Shown here piece after piece: positions 25,479 through 38,199 of a stretch of DNA of 64,000 nucleotides. This DNA comes from Eledone cirrhosa (lineage: Eukaryota): assembly GCA_964016885.1 (NCBI GenBank), contig OZ024743.1, positions 126,852,001-126,916,000 on the forward strand, given 5' to 3'. Under the pieces are notes generated by a model. It was not told where the DNA came from, searched no databases, and saw nothing but the letters and a program-made list of their open reading frames with translations. A program made the position numbers and the translations under genes. How positions within the stretch are numbered: position 1 is the first letter of the stretch; each line of letters begins with the position of its first letter.

Positions 25479-25745
25479 TTCCCTTGCTTTTGTCGAGAAT
25501 CTAATTGTAATACGTGACGTATTCTATTCTATAGCGATTAGGTCTTCAAAATGTTTATTATAAACATACAGAATATTTTCGAATATTCTATGTCTATCTT
25601 CACATATATATCGCTATTTCAGAGCATTTAATCCAATTTCTAATTTCTGCCGGACCGGCAACCGCTCTTTCAAACCAGTTCCTGTACACAGCTAAGTATT
25701 CTATAAGTCTCTAGCTGTGTCATTCTCGATAAAAGCACTGGATAT

Positions 25746-25788
25746 GTAATCCTGAAGATTTCTAATAAGAATGAAACGCGTAGGTTAC
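25746..25788 (+). ncRNA. Type I hammerhead ribozyme (310-bp monomer)
   Basis: Identical to 25436-25478. Confidence 0.87.
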
Positions 25789-26055
25789 TTCCCTTGCTTT
25801 TGTCGAGAATCTAATTGTAATACGTGACGTATTCTATTCTATAGCGATTAGGTCTTCAAAATGTTTATTATAAACATACAGAATATTTTCGAATATTCTA
25901 TGTCTATCTTCACATATATATCGCTATTTCAGAGCATTTAATCCAATTTCTAATTTCTGCCGGACCGGCAACCGCTCTTTCAAACCAGTTCCTGTACACA
26001 GCTAAGTATTCTATAAGTCTCTAGCTGTGTCATTCTCGATAAAAGCACTGGATAT

Positions 26056-26098
26056 GTAATCCTGAAGATTTCTAATAAGAATGAAACGCGTAGGTTAC
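26056..26098 (+). ncRNA. Type I hammerhead ribozyme (310-bp monomer)
   Basis: Identical to 25436-25478. Confidence 0.87.
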
Positions 26099-26220
26099 TT
26101 CCCTTGCTTTTGTCGAGAATCTAATTGTAATACGTGACGTATTCTATTCTATAGCGATTAGGTCTTCAAAATGTTTATTATAAACATACAGAATATTTTC
26201 GAATATTCTATGTCTATCTT

Positions 26221-26251
<31 letters not shown>

Positions 26252-26359
26252 GTATATATATATATATATAAGTATATATATATATATAAGTATATATATA
26301 TACTTATATATATATATAAGTATATATATATATATAAGTATATATATATATATATATAA

Positions 26360-26444
<85 letters not shown>

Positions 26445-26469
26445 TGTATATATATATATATATATATAA

Positions 26470-26565
<96 letters not shown>

Positions 26566-27583
26566 TTATATATATACACGTATTTCTCTTTTGGAAATCG
26601 ATTCACAATATTTATAATATTTTCAAATTACAAGGAAATACGTGAATTTAGCATCTTTTCATGTCAAAATACTCAATATGTAAATATATATATATATTCA
26701 CTCTTCCTCACACACACACTCTCACACCAAATCTGTCTTTCCCTCATACTCACACACTCATAATACTCTCTCTCTCTCTCTCTCTCAGAAACACACACAC
26801 CCACATACACACATTCCTTCACATACAATCTCTCTCTTTCTCTCTCTGTCTCTCTCTCTCTCACCCACATGCACTCTATCTCACACATACGCATGTACAC
26901 TTTCTCCCTCTTTCTCTCCCACACACACACACACACACATACACACTGCACTCTTTCCTCTCAACTACCTCTGAGAAATCGTGCAATTGACTGAGCACAA
27001 TTACACAGGTGAATAATCATATAAAATACAATAAAATAAAAATCCAACTTGTTTTTCTCTGCCATCCACGTTCTGTTAATAATTGAAAATTTTAACTAAT
27101 AAAACTTGGTGAACGGAAAATATTCTTCAATGGAAATATATTGAAATAATTTCTCCTCCTCTCCTTCTTCCTATTGCTTTCTCTTTTTTTTCTAAGACGG
27201 TTTAGTGGCCAATTAAAGTCATTTACTAAAGTCTAAGTGGTAGAAGAGAATAATTTCTCAGATATAAGGAGGTAATTACGACTCGGGGTTCCGTATACGA
27301 TGAATGGAATAAATGACTTTTCTTTAAATATTAGTGTATGTGAAAGAGAGAGTGGGAATGTTCTTTTTAATAATTCTACTACATTTTAATATCATAAAAA
27401 AGGAGCTGTATTTTAAAAAGACAAAAAACATCAACAAAAATAAAAACGTTCTCATTTAAATGTAAACTACAACAATAGATTAAAGTTACGTCAGAAACTT
27501 TAGAAACATCTTGCATATTTTCACTGTTTCACTTACATATTAATTTGGGGATTACACGTTGACATTGATTGAAAGCTCTAGAG

Positions 27584-27790
27584 CAGTGTTTCCCAACCCA
27601 TGGGCCATGGCAAATTTCAGGTGGGCCACAGAATTGTGTGTGTCCCCAAAATAGACATAGTTGTATCTTGATTGGATACATTCTATGTAAAATGTAAGTC
27701 ATTTCTTTTACACGATAATAATTCCATGGGCTCCAGAAAAACTCTGGGTTCAAAGTGGGCCATGAGCTAAAAAAATGTTAGTAACCACTG
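27584..27790. mobile_element. hAT MITE
   Basis: Ends CAGTGTTTCCCAAC / GTTAGTAACCACTG; flanks CTCTAGAG and TCGTAGAG (degenerate 8-bp TSD). Confidence 0.7.
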
Positions 27791-28623
27791 TCGTAGAGTA
27801 TTACTTTAAAACTTAATAACTCTAAGCATTTGAAGGAAATAAAAGGGTGAACAGCCAGTAGAACTGAAAAGCTTGTCCAAACACGTTGGATTTGTTAACA
27901 TACATTATGATATGTTGCACGTTATACATCCCTATTTATTTTGAAAACTCTGTCAAATTTCAATAAGAATAATAAGTCACCGGAGAAACAAACGAACTGA
28001 GGGCAAGTCACCACAAGTTACTTCTGTTACTTTTGTCTGTAAACCTTTGTGTACTTCGAATTCTCTTTCAACAAATTCTGCTATGAATCAAGCATTAGGC
28101 AATGATGAGTATACTCTTCGGAGTATACGATAGATGGGTGTTGCATAGAATGGAATGGCTAGATACAAGCCTGGGCAATGTGATTTGGAGGACAGGATGT
28201 TGCCCATGCAGCATGCCCCCCCCCCTCCACAACGCTGCTGGATCCAAAGTAATAGCGAAGCTGTTACAGTTTGGCAGCAGCGCTGTCGCAGGAGCTGCCA
28301 GAACAAAGTTGTAATCAGCGACGACTGCCTTAGGGGCTACGACTCCGGATTTTTCCACAAAGTTTACTCCTGAAGCCTTCCCATGATTGAATATCGCCGC
28401 AAGGCAGTGGAGGTTTGGATTCAGAGTTTTGCTTCTCCTAGATGGACTACCTGCCAAGGATAACAATCTCCATCTGGCCAAATGTGGCAGGGTTACATAG
28501 TAGCCAGTAGCAAGACAATCCAGGGAAACCAGAACAATCTGACCTGACTGCAAACCACATATGTACATGTTAACTCACACGAGTTCCTCCGCCCTTTGAC
28601 AGGTTTTGTTTTTCGTCCAATAA

Positions 28624-30367
28624 CACCGTGTAACATAGTTTATGTTCCCCGGTTCTAAATGTCATTTCCTGGTTTGTTATATCCTATTATTATAAAAAAC
28701 ACTATTATTTAATCGGAAATTTGGGTTTGTGGTCAGGAGTTTGATATTTCGAAATTTTCATATTTTTCAAGAAAAAACACATTTTTTTTTTAATTTATCA
28801 GTTCATATAATTAAATCAACAGAGTATATATTTATTTTATTACACAAGCTTATCAAAAGCAAACAAGTAAAAACAAATAACACTTATAAAGCAACTTATA
28901 CACGTCAGAAATGACTGGATTTCCTGGATTTGCGGTTGTAGTCCAGGTTGCATTCCCGCACTAACCCCCAGATATAGTCCCCTATCATTTTTTCATTGTA
29001 GTGGCCCTGGTACCTCCGTTCTATCTCTCTCACATCTTGGTGGAATTGTTCGCCTTGTTCTTCTGAGTTGGCGCCCATATTGTCCTTGAATTTTTCCAGG
29101 TGAGCGTCCAGCATATGGAGTTTAAGCGACATCCTGCATCCCATGGCGCCAAAAGCCTTTATCAGATCCTGCACCAGTTGCTGGTAGTTTTCAGCTCTGT
29201 AGTTGCCTAGGAAGCCCTTAACAACTGCCTTGAAACAGTTCCATGCTGTTCTCTCAATCCTATTGAGCTTATTGGAGAACTCGGTAGACTCAAACACCCT
29301 CTTTATCTGAGGTCCAACAAAAATTCCACCTTTGATTTTGGCCTCAGATAATTTGGGGAACAACTCAAGAAGGTACTTAAAAACAGCTGATTCTTGGTTG
29401 AGAGCCTTCACAAACTGCTTCATCAACCCCAACTTAATGTGCAGTGGCGGCATGAGCACAATCCTGGGATCAACCAGTGGCTCCCACATGACGTTCCGGG
29501 TCCCAACTACAAATTCTGTTCGCTGCTCCCAGTTCTTTCTTTTTTAGTGGTCAGAGGTGGCTCTGCTGTCCCAAAGGCAGAGGAAGCATTGAAATTTGAT
29601 AAAGCCTCCTTGGAGTCCAAGCAGGAAAGCCACCATCTTGAAGTCCCCAATGATTTCCCAATTGTACTGGTTGTATTGCAGAGCTTCCAAGAGGACTTTC
29701 ACACTGTAGTAATCTTCCTTCAGGCAGACTGAATGAGCTAGGGGCAGTGTCGGGAACTTGTTTCCATTGTGGAGGAGGACAGCCTTCAAACTTGTGGTGG
29801 AGCTGTCTATAAATAGTCGCTACTCCTTGGGCACATACGGCACCCCAATAACGTCAAACAGTCCAGGCAAGTCATGGCAGAAGCAGAGGCCATCCTTAAG
29901 AGTGTAAAAGCCTGAGAAAGGTTCGTGTCGACTTCTCTGACTTGTCACCTGCACTTCCTCCTTGACCAAGGTCCACTGCTTCATCCTGGAAACGAATGCT
30001 TAAAACACAACTTACTCTTTATTCAGGGTGCGAAAATCCAGTATCAATAAATCACTTTAATCCACTTTTTAACAATTTTATACTTTATTGCACTTTTATA
30101 ATTTTCTTTAGGTATTACTCTTTATTTTATAATTTTAATTTAACCTGAAACATATATAAAGAAATCATTTAACATAAGCAAATTAAACTTACATACAACG
30201 TAAAATACAGCATACAAATAATTCTAGTGAATAGCTTAGAATTTTAAAAAACACAAACTTTTAACTGTTTAATAGCACTTTTTTTTTATTTATTTGAGAC
30301 CTAAGCAACACAAAAAAGTGATTACAAGCCAGGAACAGAGAAATTTTTTTTTTTTGTTTACACGGTG
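28624..30367 (-). mobile_element. Chapaev3-type DNA transposon, internally deleted
   Basis: TIRs CACCGTGTAACA / TGTTTACACGGTG; 3-bp TAA TSD on both sides; transposase inside. Confidence 0.82.
28905..29995 (-). pseudogene. Chapaev3 DDE transposase, C-terminal part with two in-frame stops
   Basis: LFIDSS, LKAVLLHNGN, GDFK..LLGLQGG..CFLCLWDSR, PPLHIKLGLMKQFVKAL, SLKLHMLDAH, EEQGEQFHQD; stops near 29822 and 29545 in the same frame. Confidence 0.85.
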
Positions 30368-30869
30368 TAATCACCCTCCTCGCCAAGCAAGCCTGGTGGG
30401 GGTGCCGATTTAGTCGCCGACGACCCGACCTTGGAACAGGTTGTACTGGGTTACATTTTTCCAGTAGCAGCCAGGAGTGACCTGCCACTATACAACAGAT
30501 ACAACAAGCGAATCAAGAGCCAGTTACATAGAGGATCTTGATGTTGAGTAAATTAAACTGAGAGGAGAAGGTATGTGGAATACAATTAAATAGCAAGTCA
30601 CCGAACTTATTGGGGAATGAGAAAAATTGACACAGTATATTAAGAACTTGGTTGTGAGTGAGATCGTTAAAAGCAGGCCAACAAGTAGTGGAGATCCTTT
30701 TACCGTAGTCTTTGAAATGTAATCTGCTTTGTTAAGGATGTGTGTTCATGTAATATGTTCAGTAATGATGAGGCCTAGTATCTGTAACCATCTTCCGAGT
30801 TCTAGTCGTGTACTACTCAAGTTTAAGTGGGGTCAGGTGCAATGATGTTTCCTTGATATGGACTGTGAT

Positions 30870-30907
<38 letters not shown>

Positions 30908-31182
30908 GGGGGAGGGGGGGGGGGTCCGCTGAAGGAGACACGATAGAAATTGCATGAGATGTCTAGGGTTGCATGTGGTTAATGTTTGGGTAGAACAGTT
31001 TAGGGCGGAATGAAGGGTGGTATCAACTTTGCAGGAGTGTATGTTGTTGGAGGAGGCAGCAAGTAGCTCGTTGAAGTACACGAGGAAGTATGTGTATAGG
31101 AGGGGTCAGATCCCAAACATGGAACACATCATAGATGAGAGAAAGAGGGTATATATGTTTGTGTGTATATGTATATGTGCGT

Positions 31183-31232
<50 letters not shown>

Positions 31233-31441
31233 GCGTGTGTGTGTGTATGTGGCTGTGTGTGATATTACAGCACAGGTTATATGTGACTTAATTGGTTAAC
31301 TGGAAGCTGCCCATCCTAGAGTTGAGAGGTGGACAGAATCCATGTGGTGAGTAGTTTTGACAAGAGATTCGCCTGCCCAATATCGTTGACAGTTTTTATA
31401 GCAACCAACCACATTCACTAAATTTCTTTCTTGGTCTACAG

Positions 31442-31620
31442 CAGGCATGCCAAACATGCGGCCCTTTACAAGCACACCTGCGGCCCGCACAAAGGTTTTT
31501 ACAGTGCAAGCATCTTGATAAAATTAGTTGTAATGTGCGCAATTAGTTGTCGTGTGTGGCCCTCAGACAAGACATATGTGATCCATGTGGCCCGCGGGGA
31601 CCCTCAGTTTGACATGCCTG
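31442..31620. mobile_element. hAT MITE
   Basis: TIRs CAGGCATGCCAAAC / GTTTGACATGCCTG; TSD GTCTACAG / GTCTACAA. Confidence 0.82.
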
Positions 31621-31865
31621 GTCTACAACTCTCTCCAAAACGTCAGCAGATTTTAAATAAATAAATGAATAAATAAAATAAAAAATAAAAATAAAAAATA
31701 TAAAAATAACAACAGCAACAAACAAACACAAAAAAAAGAAAAATCACGAAAAGCATTTCTTTATAATCTATAAATATTTAAGGTGCTTTCTGAGCAAAGT
31801 ATTTATAGAATTTGATAAAAAAAAACAACAAATTAAATAAGTAAATAAATAAATAGATAGATATA

Positions 31866-32325
31866 TTTCTTTATTAGCCACAAGGGCGCACAAGAAAAGG
31901 GGACAATACAAAGACATGCTGGGGATTTTACATACAGTCGTGTAAAAAATATAAAAACAAACAATTACAACAATCGAAATCCCCAATAGGGGGGAGGCGT
32001 CACAAATGGGTTGTTTAATACCCCGTCGATAGAACAACCCTCAACTCCAGGAGCGTGTTGTGCAAGTGCTCCTTTCTTCCTTTTGCTCTCTTCTTCAACC
32101 TACAGGCTTATAAACAGAGAAGGCCCAATCACTCGGGCCATTTTCGCTTCATTCACCCACCTTTCAGTAAATTTACTGGGGTGCAGTGCCTCTCTCTCCA
32201 CCCTGATTCTCCTTCTAAAGTGATACTTAAAGAAGAGAATCAATTGTTGTCCGGAGACAAAGGCATCTGTCCTCAGTCCTCTCAACCTCGTCCACCATAT
32301 AACTTCTTTCACCATAGCCACCGTA
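31866..32325 (-). mobile_element. Tx1/L1-like LINE 3' fragment (related subfamily)
   Basis: ORF 32100-32354 (VAMVKEVIWWTRLRG...GPSLFISL) is paralogous to the C-terminus of ORF 32579-34429; same ...gtggctaataaag end. Confidence 0.85.
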
Positions 32326-32338
32326 CAGAAAATAGATG

Positions 32339-34459
32339 TTTCTTTATTAGCCACAAGGGCACAAAAGAAGGGGACAAATACAAAGGGGGAAGTTTACATA
32401 CAATAAAAACGTGTAAAATATTATCACAAATGCAATTTAAAAATTAGTCGATTTTCCCCCAATAGGGGGAGACATTACATATGGGTAACACATACCCTCG
32501 AAAAAAAAATGTGCAACCCTCATCTCCAGGAGTACGAAGAGTTTGTACTCCTTTCCTCTCCTCCTCTTTTTCCTCAACCTACAGGCTGATATAGAGAGAA
32601 GGCCCATTCACTTGGGCCATTCTCGCCACTTTCACCCACCTTTCATAAAACTTGCTGGGGTACAGCACCTCTCTCTCCATCCTGACTCTTCTTCCAAAGT
32701 GGTATTTGAAAAAAAGAATCAGTTGTTGGCCGCAGAGAAAGGTGTCTGATCTCAGCCCTTTCAACCTTGTCCACCATACAACCTCTTTCGCCATAGCTAT
32801 CACACAAAGGAAAACCGCCTCTCCTTCGTTTTTGAAGGAGGGTGGCGGTTTGATCATGACAATGGACTCGGTGGTCAACCGGATTGGTCCCACACGCGAC
32901 AATAGTCGTTCTACATAGCCCCACAGGTCGGTGACGCCCGGGCAGTGTATGAATGCGTGCGCGACGGTTTCTTCGTCTCGCACGCACCTCGGACAGATCT
33001 TTTTTGCAGGGTCCCTGCCCGGGCGCCCATGTCTGTAGAGCTTGTCTCGAACTGGTAAAGCTCCTCGGTAGCACTGCCAGGCCAGGGACTTTTGGAAGTT
33101 GTCCATCGGTCCCGGGCGGAAGGTCCTACCGAACAGACTGGCCAGTTCGTCTTCCTCTGCGCCTAGAGTTTCACCGAGCACGTCGTCGCACTTGCTGCGG
33201 ATCAACCCTCTATAGAATGACAAAGTGGAGTCTTCACTGATCGCTGGGTCCGCCTGCCAGAGGGCTGTGAGCGTCTGAACACATTCGATGTGCCAGTCGC
33301 CCATTTTCCTCGGTCTTTGCTTGACCCAGGACTGCAGCTCGATCAGAGAGACGAGTCGTGGGAAGGCTCGCCTCACGAACGGGGCCCACACCGGTTGTCC
33401 GGTGAGAAATACGTAGAGATGCCGCAGCCTGAGCGCGTGTTTGCGCATCGTCAGCCACGGCATCCCCAGCCCTCCGTTGGAAGGGTGTTGGCAGCAGATG
33501 GATCTTCTCACCAAAGGATCCCGCCTCTTCCAAAGGAATTGGAAGAGCGCGCGCTCCATTTTGGCGAGCGTTTTGGCTGGACAAGGCACGACGGTCAAGC
33601 GGTAGTAGATGGCGGACGCTATAAAAGTGTTCGCCACCTCCGCTCGACCTTTCAAGGATAGTTTGCACTCGGCCCACTTCTGGGTGAGTGCAAACACCAT
33701 GGCCGACACCTCGTTCCAGTTCTTCTCCACCTGGAGGTCCGGACCAAACCAGACCCCGAGCAGCTTTACTGGTCCTTCCGTCCAGCGTCCGACGACGCCA
33801 TCGGAAGGCATCGGTTTGCCTCTCCACGATCCGAGTTGCAAACCGATGGACTTGTCCCGGTTCAGCTTCGCTCCTGTGAACCTTTCGTATTTCTTCAGTA
33901 AGGTGCCGACTTCCTCGATTTGCAAGGCGCTCGACACCATTATTATCACGTCGTCGGCGTAGGCCGACGCCGCTTTCCGCAGTCCCGGTTCCAGAGGGAT
34001 GCCCTGCAATAGCTCCAACTTCCGCAGTAGTGACTCGAGAGTCAATACGTACAGAAGGGAGGAGAGGGGGCATCCCTGTCGAATGGATCGCGTGATATGG
34101 AACGGCTCTGAGAGGTAGCCTTTCACCTTAACCCTTGAGCAGATGTTGCTGTTGTGCATTGCAGCAATCCAGCCCCCGAACACGGGTGCGAAGCCTGCCG
34201 CCTCGAGCACCGCATCCAGGTAACGATGGTCAACCCTATCGAAAGCCTTAGACTGATCCAAGTTGATCAGGGCCCCATCGAAGCCGGGTTTACATCCTAC
34301 CTTCTCTATGATGTATCGCATGAGGTGGGGGTTGTCGTGTATGGACCTGGTCGGGATTGCACATGTCTGCGCTTCTCCCACCAGGTTCTCGACGACAAGC
34401 GCCAGCCTCTTTGCCAACACCTTGGCCAAAATCTGTAACTCTATGTTTAGCAGAGTTAT
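32339..34459 (-). mobile_element. Tx1/L1-like non-LTR retrotransposon, 5'-truncated
   Basis: GC-rich; begins abruptly within the RT (ITLLN); 3' UTR ends in AATAAAGAAA. Confidence 0.88.
32579..34429 (-). CDS. LINE ORF2 fragment: reverse transcriptase + zf-RVT zinc finger
   Basis: LDQSKAFDRVDH, IRQGCPLS, AYADD, KLLGVWF, GGLG, CPRC..ETVAHAFIHC. Confidence 0.9.
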   Translation of the reverse strand: MAKVLAKRLALVVENLVGEAQTCAIPTRSIHDNPHLMRYIIEKVGCKPGFDGALINLDQSKAFDRVDHRYLDAVLEAAGFAPVFGGWIAAMHNSNICSRVKVKGYLSEPFHITRSIRQGCPLSSLLYVLTLESLLRKLELLQGIPLEPGLRKAASAYADDVIIMVSSALQIEEVGTLLKKYERFTGAKLNRDKSIGLQLGSWRGKPMPSDGVVGRWTEGPVKLLGVWFGPDLQVEKNWNEVSAMVFALTQKWAECKLSLKGRAEVANTFIASAIYYRLTVVPCPAKTLAKMERALFQFLWKRRDPLVRRSICCQHPSNGGLGMPWLTMRKHALRLRHLYVFLTGQPVWAPFVRRAFPRLVSLIELQSWVKQRPRKMGDWHIECVQTLTALWQADPAISEDSTLSFYRGLIRSKCDDVLGETLGAEEDELASLFGRTFRPGPMDNFQKSLAWQCYRGALPVRDKLYRHGRPGRDPAKKICPRCVRDEETVAHAFIHCPGVTDLWGYVERLLSRVGPIRLTTESIVMIKPPPSFKNEGEAVFLCVIAMAKEVVWWTRLKGLRSDTFLCGQQLILFFKYHFGRRVRMEREVLYPSKFYERWVKVARMAQVNGPSLYISL

Positions 34460-34814
34460 GGTAGATAGATAAATAGATAAATAAGCAAAGTAATTAGATA
34501 ATTCAGTATTGTGTACTTTTATTGCAGTGTCTAGTTATTGTCTTGTATAGTTGGAGGAACAGCTGGGTAGGTATGTAATTGAAAGAAAGGGAAGTTTAAA
34601 ACGCCTTAACACAAGAGAGAACAATATCAATATGAGCAGCAGAACATACTTGGAGCAACAAAGGAACGACGTGGGGGGGGGGTCAATGGTGGTGGTGGTA
34701 ATGGTGGCGATGGTGGTGGTGGTGATGGTGGTGGAAGTGGTGGAATATAGATTGATAATAATAATTCTTTCTTTATTGGCTGCAAGGGCCTACACATAGG
34801 AGACAATACAACAA

Positions 34815-35017
34815 TAATGATTTCTAGTAAAGGCACAAGGCCAGTAATTTGGGGGAAGGGGAAAGTCGATTAAATCGATCCCAGTACGTTACTGGTGCTT
34901 TATTTTATCGACCCCGTAAGGATGAAAGGTAAAGTTAACCTCAGCGGGATTTGAACTCAGAACGTAAAGGGCCATAACTCTATGCTGCAAAGCATGGTGT
35001 CTGACGCTCTACCGATA
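34815..35017 (-). mobile_element. tRNA-derived SINE
   Basis: Reverse complement of the 5261 family; ggatttgaactc B-box. Confidence 0.8.
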
Positions 35018-36674
35018 AAGTAATGATAATAATAATTATTATTATTACTTTAGTGGCTACTCGGACCGAAAACATTAAAGACAATACAATAAATACCGAA
35101 CTGAAGATTTACATATAAACATCTAAAGAGAGAAAGAAAAAAACAGGTAATGAATGAATAACAGCAGAATTTCCTGAGTAGTGGGGATCCCCATCCAGAG
35201 GGAATTAAGAGATCTCACTGATCTGAAATCATCTCGATCACCAAAGTACCATAGGAAAGTGAGCGCCACTCTACATAATCAAGTCTACAGGCGCATATAT
35301 TGAGTAGGTCCATTCATTCGGGTCATTTTCGTTACGTTCACCCACCTTTTTAATAAACACACCGAGGGAGGGAAGTAGCACTTGCTTCTCCACCTTTACC
35401 TTCCTTTCCAAGTGGAATTTGAATGAAAGAAAAATAAGAATAAAAATAAAAATAATCATTTTAGTAATAATAGTAATAAAAGGATTATTGATTTCTATTC
35501 TTAAATGATACTTCCGTGGCAATGGTTTAGTTTGTAGTGGTTCATTGTAGTAAGAAGTTCAATGGCAAATCATGGCTGTGTACTAGCTTTTCACTGTTGT
35601 ATTAGTAGCTTCCTTCTCTCATTCTCTCTCTCCCCTCTCACATCTCTTTGCTATATCCTTCTCATTGTCTCTCTTTCTTTCTTTGTTATCTCTCTCATCC
35701 TCCCCCTCTCTCTAATTCTATTACAGTTTAAATCCTCTTTCTCTCTACATAACCGGTTGCTGCTTACACACTCATTCTCTCTCTCTCTCTTTTTCACTTA
35801 CGTCTCCTTCCTCTCTCACTCTCGCCGCTTCTCTCTTTCTACCTCTGTTGCTTTGCTCTCGCTATTCTTTCTCTTTACAGCCGGTTGCTTTTTACATTCT
35901 TTCAATCTCTCTCAGTTCTCACTGTTCTCTCTCTCATTTCATACTCCTCTATGCCTATCTACTTTCCAGCCGTTCTCTCTATTTTCCCACAACCTTAATC
36001 CTTTCTTTATTTTTTATTCATTCATTTATTTATCCAATTAGTAATTCTTTATTTTCCTCCTCCTCCTCCTTCTACTACTACTACTACTACTTCTTATTAT
36101 TATTTATATTTCACAATCTCTCTCTCCCACTCCCTTGTATTTATTAATCTCTCACCATTTCTCTCCTTATATTCACCTTTCTTTTACCATCTTTTTCTTT
36201 CCCATTCATACACCTTTCTTTCAGCACCCCCTCACGCTATCTTTTACTCTCTCCCTACCACCTCGAGTATTCACGTCGCACTACCACCTCGGTAATTCAC
36301 TATAATCCTTTCTTTCAGCATACTTCCTCCCTTCACTTCACTCCATCTCCTCCTCTCTCCCTCCCACCCCGGTAATCCCATATAGCCCCTTTCGTTTCCA
36401 CACTACCTCTTGCTACCCCTCCACAACTAAGTCTCTGGCTAGCAGACGGTCGGAGGCAAGAACCCGGATGTAAGCTATAACAACATGGCAGACGAACGGA
36501 CGGAATTGAAGATATTGTGAACGATTTTCCACTATTACACAGTAAACTACCTGCTGTGGACGCCCAATCTTTATACAAAAATTTTACATTTGTATAAATA
36601 AATACAAGAGAAAAACATCAGATATATTCGTACAATATAAATATATATACATACATATATACACCTTCATACAC

Positions 36675-36709
<35 letters not shown>

Positions 36710-37220
36710 CATACTATATATATACATACATATACACACATCAGCCAAGCAAACAAAACCGTCAAAATTACTGGATATTTTATATATACATATATACATT
36801 GGTAAGTGGTTATTCTATCTTTTCTATATACAATACTACTAAGTTATAACTTAATATTTTTTCACTCTCTCACTATTACTGAGTAAATTATCAACATTGT
36901 AAACCATATTATATGCAACAGTAAACTACCATAGCACTTAAAAAATTCATGCATTAACTGAATGAGCTCTCAATACCTGTAAGTAGAGCGTAAATTTCAT
37001 TTTCTGAGAAGGGAAATGATAGTGATTTCAAAGTTTAAGCTTGATCGCACCATCATATAACCTATTTAAAGAGGCACTATCGACGAAACTTCGAAGCCAC
37101 TGCCACCTTTTGCTTCGGAAAATAAAACTACGCACACACACACACACGTCAGTCAAGCTAATCTGTCAAATTCCTAGATAGTTTATCTACATTAGTAAGA
37201 GGCCATTCCAGCTGTACTAT

Positions 37221-37263
<43 letters not shown>

Positions 37264-37546
37264 CATAAATAGTCGGGACTCGGCGGCTGAGCTCTTGCCG
37301 TTTCAACAGCTTGGTCCAAAGTACACACACACACACATATATACTGAGGTATATGTGAACTATTTCAAGTATTTCTTCAGAGATAGTGAAACTGTAAACT
37401 ACGTAGTGTGACCAACAAAACATGAGTTTTCATGTGTCACTGCATCCGCCGCTTATTGCCCAGCCCCCTTCCTTCCATACACTACATATCTTTTTACACA
37501 CACACACACACACTGTGTGTATGTATATATATATATAAATATATAT

Positions 37547-37651
37547 AATAATTGTTTCTACTTTTTGGCACAAGGCCAGCAATTATTCAGTGTATTACTG
37601 GTACTTTATTTTATCGACCCCGTAAGGATGGAAGGCAAAGTTAACCTCGGC
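37547..37651 (-). mobile_element. SINE 3' fragment
   Basis: Same family as 5261. Confidence 0.75.
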
Positions 37652-37778
37652 ATATAATAATAAAGGGCGAATTGTTATGTCTTCCTTACGTTTACTGAGT
37701 AGGGACGCGCGTTTCGCTATTGATCAGCTCAAGGTTCGATCTATATTTCTGGAACCCACAGTAACTGCACGTTACACT

Positions 37779-37840
<62 letters not shown>

Positions 37841-38199
37841 GTGTGTGTATGTGTAATATATTCGTTACATTTCGTATCTTTAGAGATCAGAATCTACTGG
37901 AAAGACGAAATAAACAATGAGTTGTTGTAGTGGTGGTCATGCCTTTCACCGTGGTTGTTGATTGTAAACCTAAAATGATTAGAATCACCGAAAAATCGAA
38001 ACCGCATTATTTATTACTCATTCTGCAATGCTTCTCCCTCTCTCTCTATCTCTTATATATATATATATGCATGTGTGTGTTGATAATATATTTGTATCAT
38101 GCCGTCTTGTAGCTCTTATTAAGTAATTCATCTATATCTAAAATGCTAGAAAAGAATTATAGGTGATAGGCTGTTCTTCTTAGGGACGACAAAAATATT

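Larger units (their letters stand above)
24801..26225. mobile_element. Retrozyme-like array: 310-bp monomer, ~1.8 copies on minus then ~2.7 copies on plus
   Basis: Period 310 (24801/25111; 25441/25751/26061); inversion near 25370-25386; copies appear identical; no ORF; (TA)n on both sides. Confidence 0.9.

Noticed and set aside
30371-30490. HDV-like ribozyme at a retroelement 5' end
   Set aside because: Could not assign the nested double pseudoknot by eye.
30540-31140. Possible decayed RT on the minus strand
   Set aside because: Only vague motif resemblance; not supportable without a profile search.
32643-34472. Overlapping alternative-frame ORFs in the LINE
   Set aside because: By-products of GC-rich RT coding sequence; no recognisable motifs.
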